64,000 nucleotides of DNA from Camelus ferus. Taxonomy: Eukaryota. Positions 52,715-64,000 of the stretch are shown here, piece after piece. The stretch is from assembly GCF_009834535.1 (NCBI RefSeq), contig NC_045696.1, forward strand, positions 106,332,001-106,396,000, given 5' to 3'. The notes below the pieces were generated by a model, which saw only the letters and a list, made by a program, of their open reading frames with translations, was not told the origin of the DNA and ran no database searches. Position 1 is the stretch's first letter, and each line of letters begins with the position of its first letter. The position numbers were made by a program, and so were the translations under genes.

Positions 52715-54189
52715 GTATGTGTTTGTGGGTAATTTCTTGGTTTGATGGGATGGAAGAGCCTGTCAGGATTTCTATACCAGTTGATCAGCATCTTGAGATG
52801 TACGGTCTTTTAGGAATGTTTCTTGATTTAAATAATCATGAAAATTTAATTAAAACAATTAATTTAAGTAAGTAGTCATGAAAATATATCCATGCATCAT
52901 CTGGTGTTTTAAGCAATACTTAATATTACTGCAAAGAACTTACATACTATTTGCAATCCCTTATTTTTTTCCTACTCTTTTAATAAAATTTTAAAAAACT
53001 CAAATTTTTTATAATGGAAATTGTTAAACATATACAGAAATAGAGAATAGCATAATGAATCTATGTACTTATTAATCAGCTTTAACAACTATTATTCCGC
53101 CATCCTTAATTCAATCCACTCTCCCCTAACTGCTTTGCAGGAGGGGCTTACTGGAGTATTTTAAAGCAAATCTCAGGCATCAGATTATTTCACTTGTAAT
53201 ACTTCAGCATGTATTTTTAAGTGTGAGGGTTTAAAAAAATACAACTACAGTACCGTGATTATACCTAACTAAAGTAACAGTAATTCCTTATTATCTATTG
53301 CCTAGTTCATATTCAGATTTCCCTGATTATCACAAAGATGTCTGTTTTACAGTTGACACTTGTTCAAATAGGATGCAAACAAGGTCTGCACATTTCATTT
53401 GATTGTCATGATTCTGAAGCCTCATAGTCCCTTTTCACCCTCTCTCCCAACTCCCACCCTGTGCTGTTTATTTGTTGAAGAAAATGGCGACATTTGTCTA
53501 GTAGAACTTCCTGCATTCTGAATTGGAATTCCTCGTGTTGTTTAACATGTTCCTTATATTTTTTGCATTGGCTATAATCTGCATTTAGATTTACAGACCT
53601 GATTAGGTTCAGGTTTGATTTTAATCCTTTTAAACTATATAGTGCTTTTATCTCTTCACTTAAATGTTTATAGGTGTTTCTAATGATGACATTGTAACTT
53701 CAGAAATGTAATTTCTTTACTTTATTACTGATTGACAACTGCAGTGTTGTGAAAAGATGAAATTTTCTGTAAACTATCAATCAGAAATTAAATACAGAAG
53801 CTGCCGGTTCTTTTTACCTTAAACTTTTGACTTCCAGATTTATAACAGACAAATCCATCATAGGACATTTTCCCTTATTTCCCCTGCCCCATCTCCATAT
53901 TCCATTATGTGCCAAATTACGTATGTCTGTTTCCCTCTTAACATGCCCTATCTCATTTGTTCCTTCCTTTCTGCTCAGTCTCTTGCCTGATCTGCTTCTA
54001 GTCCTCCCCTCCCTAGTCTGCCTTATGTATTGTTGGCATATTCCTATGTAAAATAGTAACCTCATCATGATACTTAATTTTCAAATAATTTTAGGACTGC
54101 ATGGAATTCTAGGCTTCTAAACTGTTTGTTCAGTTAGCAAAGAGATCGCTTTTCCTGCAGTAATTTTGTTTAACTGTGTATTTTTTCAG

Positions 54190-54270
54190 GTTTGGCAGGT
54201 GTAGTAAAATACCGAGGCGTAAGGATTGGTGGAATCTCTGGTATATTTAAATCTCATGACTATCGAAAAG
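54190..54270 (+). CDS. DBR1: DBR1 exon 3 ([27 protein letters not shown])
   Basis: 81 nt; acceptor TTTTTTCAG|G, donor AAG|GTATTG. Confidence 0.97.
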
Positions 54271-56078
54271 GTATTGTTATTTTGAGAATTGTTTTTAAAC
54301 TTTAGAACTTGCATGCCCCAGAGTAACTAAGCATAATATATACAGATTGACTCTTTTATTGGATTTCTTCTATGAACTGATTAGTTTATTCTTAAATTTG
54401 TTATAAAATATTTTATACATATGAAAACAGAGAACACTAGAATGTATTATCTGTGTGTCTACCATCTAGTTTTATTTGCTATTTTGCCATTTTGAATTTT
54501 GATTTTTAAGAAATAAAAAAGTGCAGATATAATTGAAGTTCATTGTTTATCTTTCCTCAATCCCATCTCTCTCTTTTTATTCCTCCCTTACCTCACCAGG
54601 CAGTCATTATTCAGAATTTGGTGTTTATCATTCACTTGATTATTTTATATCATTACTGTATCAGTAACAGCTTATTAAACATTGTATAGCATGTGTTGAA
54701 TTGCATAGCATGTATTAAACATTGTATTGCATTGTATTGTACAGCATGTGTTAAACTTCATATAAGTGTGTCATTTTATATGTATCTTTCTTCAACTTGC
54801 TTTTTTGTTTAATATGTTTTTGAAATCCATGTTGACACATGTAACTCTAATCTATTCATTTTAATTTGTGAATAGTATTCCATTGTATAAGCATACCACA
54901 TTGTATCTGAATGAATTAATTATACCTAGGTTTTAAAGTTAAAGAAATAGCTTGGATTCACATTGATTTTAAAACTTATGAATTAAGTTGGCAGTTAAAA
55001 CTTATATCCTCAAGGTAACTGTTAAATCACAAGTCTGTTCCCTGCTGCCCTGCTCCCTGTGATTATAAACTTGGCACGGGTCACAAAAATAGTCCATCTC
55101 CTACATGGCAGGTGTGGGTGGAAATTGGAACCACTCTTTAGATGACAATTGGTAATATCTATGGAAATTAATAAAGGTGTTCTGACCCAGGAGTTCATCT
55201 TCCAGGAACTGATATACAGATATATTCCACAGGTGCAAAAGGATATAAATAAATTTATTTAGTTCAGCCTTGTTTGTAATAGCAAAAAATAGGAACTAGT
55301 TAAATACAGCATTATAATGTAATGCTTTGAAGTCATTAAAAAAAAAAAAAAGGCAGGCGCTCTATGTGTGACTAATATGAAAAGAACTCCAAAATAAGTG
55401 AAAAAAACAAGGCACGGAACATGTAGAAGATATACTGCCATTTGTGTTAAAAAAAAAAAAAAAGAGGGAATAAAGAAATAGGTGTTTTATATGTGTAGAT
55501 GATTTCTCTGGAATAAAATACTAAAACCTGGTTAACACTGTTTGCCCATAGGTAGGGTTACTGATGGCTGGGAGAAGGCATAGGAAAATCCCCTCCTCTT
55601 GTTTTAGTAGCTTTATTGCAGTAAAATTTATATACCATTGTAAGTATATAATTCAGTGATTTTAGTAAATTTATAGTTATGCAGCTTTTACCACCATCCA
55701 GATTTAGAACAGTCCTATTATCCCTAAACGTTTTGTGCCAAATGTCATCCTGACTCCTACGCCAGCCCTAGGCACCCACTGGTCTACTCTCCAGGAGGAA
55801 CCCTATACCTTTAACCTATACCTTCCTGATGGTATCTTTTAAATCTTTAGCAATGTGAATAAACAGTGTATTTCAGAATTACATATAATTTAATTTTAAA
55901 AATTATAAGCCCCCACAGTTATTTAATTTCTAGTTTATGATTACTTATTAGTAGAAAATACTAATAAAATTAAAAGAAAAATTTAAGAACCAAAAGCATT
56001 GGAAAAGTGTGTGTATGTATTTGTACTTGCAATGTTTAAGGGAGTTGAATATAGCTTATTTGTCTTCTTCAATTTAAG

Positions 56079-56164
56079 GTCACTTTGAGTGCCCCCCTTA
56101 TAATGCAGCAACAATAAGGAGTATATATCATGTGAGAAATATCGAAGTGTACAAATTAAAACAG
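56079..56164 (+). CDS. DBR1: DBR1 exon 4 ([28 protein letters not shown])
   Basis: 86 nt; acceptor TTTAAG|GT, donor CAG|GTATGT; includes the lariat-recognition-loop region. Confidence 0.97.
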
Positions 56165-57675
56165 GTATGTAAAAAAGTACATTACAGCAGACTGGAAAAA
56201 AATGTTAAAGTAATTCTGCACCAAAATGTACTTTGATCATTGTAGTCTACTGTTTCCAAGATGAGCTCAATTCAGTATTTCTAAAATTTGGATCCCCAGT
56301 TGTTTCTAAGAGGTTCACAGGTGAACTTTTTTTTTTTTATTTTAATGGCTATACGTTGATTTTAGTAGTTAATAATAAAATAAAATATTTGATCCACACC
56401 TTTGGATACTGTTACTTAGGCTAAGGCTAGAGTATATATTGGGATAAAGTGATACTTTAAAGAAAATATTAAATGTTTTATTTCATATAATGATATGAAA
56501 TAGAAAATAAGTAACAGTGAAGATGATAGAGGATATGGGAAAATTATGAAGGTAGTATGGAAACCCTGACTTAACTGGAGAGTAGGTGAAACTAGGTTTT
56601 TGTTTGAGAAGCCATTAAATGCCTGACACTGGGCTAAGCAACTTTCCCCCGTGATAGTTCAAATAATTGTCACTCAGATGCTGTGAGGTAGGTGTTACTT
56701 TGTCACATTAAGGGTGAGAGGCCAAGGCCCAGGTAGGGAAGGTAACCGGGACCTGCCCGGGACTTCCCACATGGTTAAGTGGTAGAGCCTGCCAGGTCCG
56801 AACTCAGTCCCTTCTCACCAGGTACAACAGCCTCTACAGGAGCATCAGAATGCTTGCAGGTGTGCCCTATTCATGACAGTTCTCACCTTGAGTGCTTTTT
56901 CCCTTTCACTCATCTGAATCCTACCAGTCCTTGTAGACCCAGCTTAGATACCACTTCCCAACCAGTGTCTAGTTTAAAGTCATCAACCTTCTCTGAATTT
57001 TCACAACACTTTTTGCCCACTCAAGTTTTTCAGTGTAGTCATATTTATCTTACATTTTGTATTTTCTGGAACACTTACTTAAATTAATTTGTTTTCCAAG
57101 TATTTGTTTTGGATTACTTGAAAGTATGGAGTATATTTTGTGTGCTCCTCATGAAGACACCAGGTCCCTTAAATAACTCTACTATAATTTTTGTAGTAAA
57201 CAAGAGGTTTGTTTTTTTTTTTTTTGGTGTTTACTGTGTGAATCTGTTAGGAAAAAAATGGAACGTATCTTTAGGTTTATTGTATCATTTACATTACAAG
57301 TCTCATGAAATCTGGTGTCACTGGATCTTAAAATAGTAGTTTCTTTACCAAAAAGGAAAAGAACAATGATTGTTAGAGATTTTAGACACCCAGTGCTAAG
57401 ACCATAGCTGATTGGCAGCCTAATCGAAGTGTGTCTCTATGGACCTGCCTTGCCACGGAAAATAAGGATGATTTGTGAGGCAGAGAGGAAGTTTTCTCTT
57501 TGCTAGATGAGCGAGTAGCTCAGTATTCTGTGACTTCCTTAAATAAACTGTCTTTAGAATGAATAACACAGAAATCTAGAGACCTACATGGGTAAATGGT
57601 TGTGTGGTGATGGAGAGAATGGAGGGGACTGCTTTTGGTTAATCTGTTTTTAAGAGCTTTCTTTTTCCATTAAAG

Positions 57676-57900
57676 CTGAAGCAGCCTATGGACATATTCC
57701 TATCTCACGATTGGCCAAGAAGTATATATCATTATGGAAATAAGAAGCAGCTTCTTAAGACTAAATCTTTTTTCCGACAAGAAGTGGAAAATAACACATT
57801 AGGAAGTCCCGCAGCCTCAGAGCTTTTGGAGCACTTAAAACCTACTTACTGGTTTTCCGCACACCTCCATGTGAAGTTTGCAGCCTTGATGCAACATCAG
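57676..57900 (+). CDS. DBR1: DBR1 exon 5 ([14 protein letters not shown]...[18 protein letters not shown])
   Basis: 225 nt; SHDW and SAHLH metal-binding motifs; acceptor TAAAG|CTG, donor CAG|GTAGAA. Confidence 0.97.
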
Positions 57901-59609
57901 GTAGAAAACAAAGTGTTTATTCTTTGATTTAAGAAACATTTATTGAACATCTACATGCTAGGCACTATGGGCACAGTTGTAAAGTCAGAGAAAAAAATCA
58001 AAGACAGCTTTCCTTTTGTGAGTCACTCAGCGTCCAGTGAGGGGAAGGGCCAAGCAAGCAATTATAAAACAGCGTAGTCAGTTTGTGACAAAAAGTGCCA
58101 GGATGCTGTGGGAAAACCTAAGCCAGGGCAGGGTGAGATGGGGCCGTGGCCAGAGAGATGGAGGGATATGGAAGGTTTCTAAAGGCACTGATGGTGCCAG
58201 GAGGAAGCAGATGACCAGGGTGATGCAGGTAGAGGGACTGATGTGTGCAGAGGCTGGAGGGCTGAGAGCCTGGTACCTTTGGGGAACTGTAGCTGGTTCC
58301 TGTGGCTGAGGCCCAGGGAGAGATGACGTGGGAACAAGATCCTAGCTGCCTCCTGGGCCCTGCTCTGGAGTTCAGGTTTTAACCAGAAGGTAATGGGGAA
58401 AGTTGGAGAGTGATGACATCAGGTTCTCACTGCAGAAAGATTACATTGGCAGCAGTTTTGTGTATGTATTGGAGTAATGTAAAATAGGAGGCAAGGAGGC
58501 TATTTAAGCAAAAGATGAGGTTCTAACCCAAGGCAAAGCAGGAACATTGAGAATAATGCAGGTTCCGAGAGATTCTGAAGCAGAATCGTCAGATTTAGTG
58601 ACAGAGGGAGGTGGGAGTCCTAGACTGACTCCCAGAGTTTTCCTTGGGTGATGGTGCTTGATGGAGGCTAGAGAATAAATACATATTGTTACAGATTTAT
58701 AGTTAGGCTTTTACGGAAATAAGCGGTTCTTCCTTTCACCTCCTACTCTGACTGAACTCTGACTTTCCCATGAAGTATTCCGTAGGGAAGACACAGAAAA
58801 TGCTGGGTTAACCGAGATTTCTTCTCAGAGGCTTCTGTAGAATTTCTGAGGCCCTTTGATATGCTAACGGGCCTTACCTTTCTCCAAGATGGGTAGGGAG
58901 GGAGGTTGGTGCAGAGCTTCCTGAACTTAAGCAGACCCCTTTCTGTGGTGGAGGTGCACTTTAACGATGTTCCTCAAACCCAGTTAGGAAGGTTCTGTCT
59001 GGAAACAGTCCTGTGGGACCCTCTGCTGTGGGCTTATGCTCCCTCGCCAGCTTCACTAGGAGAAGGAGGCGAGGTTACTCCTTTCGTTTTCCTTTGGGCT
59101 CTTCTAATGTCCAAGTCATGTGTCAACATCAGTCACCTCTTCCACATCTGTGTTACTCTCTTCTGTCCCTTGGGGCTTATGACACCCTTGGATTTTTACT
59201 GAAGCACCTGATTTACTTTTCCCACACTCCGTCTTCCATTGTTGACCTTAGGGACCCGTGTCTCTGAATTAGTGTTCTGTCTGATCCCTTTTTCTTGGCT
59301 CCTCAACCGCCTCTGACTCTCACCAGTGTTCTGTCGGAGCCCTTTTCCCAACACCAAAGACCATCCTTCCTCAGAACTGCCCCGTGGCCAAGACCTGTCC
59401 GTGACCTCTGTGCCTTCCACCTCTCTGTGTCCCTCACCACCACTCAGTTGAAACCTGGTCCTCAGTAGGATGTCCCATGGCTTGCATTTTTGTTTTTTTT
59501 TCCTCCATGTGCCTTACTGTTTTTAGTGAGTCACTTTCTATTTCTTCCAACGTGACCTTCATGTTTGCGGTCCTGCTCATGTTTTTTCCTGCCAATTCAC
59601 TTAAAAAAA

Positions 59610-60060
59610 TAGTTTTATTGGAGTATAATTTCCACATCATAAAATTCACCTGTTGTAAGTGTAGAATTCAGTGATTTTTAGTACATTTCCAGAGTTGGAC
59701 AAACATCATATAGTCTAGTTCTAGAACACTGCCATCACCCCAGAAAATCCTCTGTGCCTGTCTGCTGTCAGTCTTTGTTCCTGCGCTCAGCCCCAGGCAG
59801 CCACTGATCTGCTTTGTCTCTATGGATTTGTCTTTTCTGAACATTTCATATAAATGGAATCATACAATATATAGTCTTTGGCATCTGATTTCTTCCCTTT
59901 GCTTGCGTTTGAGGTTCATTCTTGCTGTGGCATGTATCAGTATTTCATCTTTATTGGTGAATAGTACTTTGTCGTACTGTAGTATATACATCTACTCTGG
60001 TGTTGTGTCTAAGAAATCTTTGCCTAACCTAAGATTGCAGAAATTTTCTCCTGTACGTTT
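59610..60060 (-). mobile_element. Antisense L1 3' fragment in DBR1 intron 5 (other L1 pieces at about 54400-54900, 55090-55590, 55605-55790)
   Basis: ATAAAATTCACC...CAGCCCCAGGCAGCCACTGATCTGCTTTGTCTCTATGGATTTG...CATATAAATGGAATCATACAATAT. Confidence 0.8.
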
Positions 60061-60386
60061 TAGCTCTACCAATTTACTTTTAAGCTCTTCTGTTGTCTTA
60101 TCTTTAATCTGTATTATATGCTTTGATTTATGTGTGTTATATGCTTTGATTTAACATTGTCATCACCACCATTACTTTCTGCTTTGACTTTTGTAAGGAA
60201 ATTGAAGCCCAGAGTATAAGTGCCTTGCTCATCATTGCACAAGTGGGTGTAGAGCTAACTTGTTTTGGAAAAGTACCAGTTGTTACTTTGACACACCACT
60301 TAGGGGTATGGCTGATAAAGATGATTTCCATCCTATTCAGTGTATGTTTTAACAGTCTTTCTCAAATCATGCTTCATATTGTCTAG

Positions 60387-60467
60387 GCCAAGGATAAAGG
60401 ACAGTCAGCCAAAGCAACGAAATTTCTAGCCTTGGACAAATGCTTACCACACAGAGACTTTCTTCAG
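60387..60467 (+). CDS. DBR1: DBR1 exon 6 ([27 protein letters not shown])
   Basis: 81 nt; conserved FLALDKC motif; acceptor TCTAG|GCC, donor CAG|GTAAAA. Confidence 0.97.
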
Positions 60468-60715
60468 GTAAAAAGAAAATGAACTTTGCAATATAGTTTT
60501 ACTCTTCCAGTGATTAAAAAACAGTATTAACTTTCTGAATTTATTTGTGCTCTTTGTAATTTATATATTTTCAGATTTCTTCGGGAATATTTAAGTTACA
60601 TTAATGTTTTTAAGCCATTTAATTAAATTCATTTAAAATTTTGTTGTTATATTGACATTCTTAGAATATTAAAAATAGATACTTATTTCTTGAAATTACC
60701 TATTTCTTCTTGTAG

Positions 60716-60861
60716 GTAATAGAAATAGAACATGACCCCAGTGCTCCTGATTACCTGGAGTATGACACTGAATGGCTGGCTATTCTCAGGGCTACTGACG
60801 ATCTTATTAACGTGACTGAGCGCCTGTGGAATATGCCTGAAAATAATGGCCTGCATACAAG
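60716..60861 (+). CDS. DBR1: DBR1 exon 7 ([27 protein letters not shown]...NGLHT-R)
   Basis: 146 nt; acceptor TTCTTCTTGTAG|GTA, donor AAG|GTAGGT. Confidence 0.96.
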
Positions 60862-61335
60862 GTAGGTTCTGACCTTAGTAGAATTTGCCTCCTCCATTGC
60901 ATGCATAGTTTTTGTCCCCTCCACCTTTTTATTATTATTTTTAATCAAGGGAATTACTGTTAAATAAATCAGAACAATTCAAAGTTTACTAACTGGTAAG
61001 AAAATTGCAAGTTTTCCATCTAAGAGATCCAAGAAAATGGACTGCTGATGAGCACCGACCCAAGTAAGTGTGTAAGTGCTTAAAACTGTAAGATGGTGGA
61101 GATTTGGTTCACACATTAAAATAATTCGTACTTGTCTTTGGGTGTGAGTTAAGGGTAGTTTTTTCTTTGTTTTTATTTCAAAACTGTCCTTTGCTAAATT
61201 AACTGTAATTTTATTAAATGGAATTTTAAAATGTGGCTTATTTTTTATCCTTGCTCCTGCAGCCCATAGTTAGATCTAATCATTTACTGTCCAAGGCTGC
61301 TAAAATATAAAAAGCTATTGTTTTGGACTTTACAG

Positions 61336-62029
61336 GTGGGATTACAGTGCAACAAAAGAAGCTATGAATGAAGTATTGGAAAAATTGAATCATGACCTCA
61401 AAATTCCAAGTAACTTTAGTGTAACTGCTCCTTGCTATGACCCTAGCAAGCCACAGACACAAATGCAGTTGGTTCATAGGATCAGTCCTCAGACTACTGA
61501 ATTTTGTGCTCGACTTGGCATCACTGACATTAATGTCAGGCTTCAGAAGGCCAAAGAAAAACATCAGTTGTGTGATGACTATGAAGGGCAGGACGATGTG
61601 GAGAGCAATGACTCTGGAGAAGACCCCAGTGAATACAACACAGACACATCAGCCCTGTCCTCGATTAATCCAGATGAGATAATTTTAGATGAAGAAGAGG
61701 AATATGAAGATAGTATTGTAAGTGCACACAGTGACATGAATACACCATCTGTAGACCCTTCTTCTGATCAAGCTTTGGACTTTTCTGCAAGCTTCTCTGA
61801 CGTCAGGATCTTGCCAAGTTCCATGATTCTATCTTCTGATGATACATCAGGTTCCCCAATTGGCAAGGAGGGGAAACCTGGTGAGCCTGTGGAATTGGAG
61901 GATGGAAAGGACTTAACCTCAGTGCCGTTGAAGAGGCTGAGTGATGAACGTGAACCCGAACAAAGAAAGAAAATTAAGAGGAGGAATCAAGCCATCTATG
62001 CTGCAGTAGATGATGATGATATAGCCTAA
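61336..62029 (+). CDS. DBR1: DBR1 exon 8 CDS (acidic low-complexity C-terminus, basic NLS-like KRLSD...RKKIKRR, stop TAA)
   Basis: 694 nt; acceptor TTTACAG|G; in frame with ORF 61364-62029; summed CDS 1635 nt = 544 aa plus stop. Confidence 0.97.
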
Positions 62030-62196
62030 GACAAGTTGCTTGTCTGAGTATTATATGTAGATATGTGATTTTTGAGACTATATTTTTAGAATTGGATTTT
62101 TGACTCAAGACTTAACTTTGTAATAATGAAATTATATAAGAAACTTTTAGTTAGGTATCAACTTTATCTTTAGGCCTTTGTATGTTTCAGATAAAT

Positions 62197-62575
62197 ATTA
62201 AAATTTTGTATATTACTTGATTAAGTACCCCCTTTTTTTGAGAATATTTATTATTCACTTTCAGTTTTTTTCAGCAAACACTTAATGAACACCTACTTTG
62301 TACCAGGCACTTTTCTATACGATGGCCCTACAAAGTTGACTAAGGGATTTTTGCCTTCAGGGAGTTACTACCACTGTAAATATATATTTTGATGTATAAA
62401 ATATGGCATATTTATATTTTGTTTTACAGAGTTAAGTCATTATTGTATATATACTTATATATGCTTTCTTTTCATTTCTTACAAATATTTTCCCTGGTCA
62501 GCTCTTAATGTCTGTCAAATATAACTGAAACTGAAGATGGTAGATCAGATTTCAGGAAATAAATTAAATATTAAA
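62197..62575 (+). terminator. DBR1: Candidate DBR1 polyadenylation signals
   Basis: ATTAAA at 62197-62202 followed by a U-rich tract; AATAAA at 62558-62563 with ATTAAA at 62563 and 62570. Which is used cannot be determined. Confidence 0.5.
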
Positions 62576-63169
62576 CATTGGTCAACATAAAATCTTACAA
62601 TTAATTGCTGAGATTAGCATAACCCTGTTGACTTTTACATTTTATATTTAGCTTTAATTTTGATGTCTAGAGTAACTGTATAGGTCATTTGGGGCATGGT
62701 TCAGCGTAGCGTTAATTACTAGCAGGGATCAAGTTGCACAAATGCTACGCCTCATGCTGCATAATGGATTGCTACTATTGCATCGTGTTTAAAGATCCAT
62801 GTGGAGAAACTACACCTCTGTCCTGTCTCTGGTTAGAATGCCTGGGCCACTTGAGGAGACTGTCGCTCTGAACTTGGACCAGTAGTCACGGAATCCAAAG
62901 ACTGTTCCAGGATCTCATCATCTCATGGCAGTCCAAATCCAGGAGCCAATATAAGAGAATTGTCATCTTGTCAGCATTTGATTCAAAAAAGGTTTAGGAC
63001 CATGGGGTTTTATCTTTATTGCCTTCCACTTTTTGTTTACTTTCTTTTTTTGAGTTAAGTAATTCACTGATTTAAATTCTCACATAAAGTATTTAAAAAC
63101 TGTTTCCCCCATCATTGATTTAATTGAATCCCATATATTCTGACACTTAGCGTTTCTTTTCCAGAAATT

Positions 63170-64000
63170 TTTAATCAAGGTAAAAACAGAAAATAATTAG
63201 ACATAAATAAGTAATACAGTTGATAAATGGTAGTTCTCTCATACACACACAGACAAAATCCTCTAGCTTACCTAATCAAGAAAGAGCATAAATACCAAAA
63301 AGTAAATAAAAGGGAGAAGTAGCCACTGAAGCAGGGTATTCAAACAAACATAGGACTACTTTGCATAACTTGGTACAAGTGAATTTGGTAAGTGAATGAC
63401 TAATTTCCTAGGAAAATAGAATATTTAAATTCATCCTAGTAGAGAAAGTGAAAATAATTTCTATAGAAGGAGTTATCAAGGGACTACTCCTGGTTCAGAT
63501 GGTTTCAGGAGAAACTTCCAAACCTTTTAAAGGCCAGATAATCCCTAATGTTAGATAAAGTGTTCCAAAATAGAGAAAATGAAGGAAAGTTCATAGTTTC
63601 TTTTAATAAAGCAAGTGTAACATTGATATCCAAATCTGATAAAGACTACTCAAAAAACCCACAAACCAATCTCACATATGAATATTGAGTCCTAACTTCC
63701 TAAATAAAGTATTAGCAAACAGAATCTATAGCACATTTTAAGACATAGCCTGACTGATACAAGGATGGTTCAATATCAGGAAGTCTGTTCATATATTCAC
63801 ACAGTAATAGATCTAAGGACAAACACAGTTATCCCCATGGATGATGAAAAGGCCTTTGACAAAGGTGAACACCCATGTCTGATTTTTTTTTTTAAGTAAA
63901 ATCTAGCATCTTGTTTAACGGAAATACTATAAGCATTCCCATCAAAGGAAAGTAAGCACAAAGTCAAGGAATAAGAGGAAGATATGTCTGCTACATTTCA
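63170..64000 (+). mobile_element. Decayed L1 ORF2 reverse-transcriptase region, runs off the window
   Basis: Degenerate RT-region sequence (AAAGTATTAGCAAACAGAATC; CAAGGATGGTTCAATATCAGGAA; GAAAAGGCCTTTGACAAA); no long ORF remains. Confidence 0.8.

Noticed and set aside
61437..61682. 81-aa alternative-frame ORF within DBR1 exon 8
   Set aside because: Short overlapping frame with no initiation evidence; common by chance.
1..64000. Prokaryotic-style systems (CRISPR arrays, operons, defence islands)
   Set aside because: The sequence is mammalian, with spliceosomal introns and LINE/SINE content; no repeat-spacer array was seen.

Overview
Mammalian genomic DNA, probably a camelid (alpaca/camel): six copies of a tRNA-derived vic-1-like SINE are present. 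The window holds two divergently transcribed housekeeping genes whose CpG-island promoters lie about 10 kb apart. On the minus strand are the first six coding exons of ARMC8 (GID5 subunit of the CTLH/GID E3 ligase; start codon at 41408; the gene runs off the left edge). On the plus strand is the complete 8-exon DBR1 gene (RNA lariat debranching enzyme; 51781-62029; 1635-nt CDS, 544 aa; catalytic motifs intact). All listed exon boundaries are GT-AG and keep the reading frame. The remainder is intron and intergenic DNA rich in L1, L2, MIR, hAT DNA transposons, LTRs and SINEs; most short ORFs in the supplied track are noise or transposon remnants. Repeat family names are from pattern recall, not a database search. 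No new gene system can be demonstrated from sequence alone. The best leads are RNA-level hypotheses: inverted SINEs bracketing ARMC8 exons 2-6 (a 483-nt stop-free in-frame block that could circularise), a recursive-splice-type AG|GTAATA start to DBR1 exon 7, a hairpin-dense patch in ARMC8 intron 3, a candidate cryptic exon in ARMC8 intron 6, and a CTCF-like site midway between the promoters.
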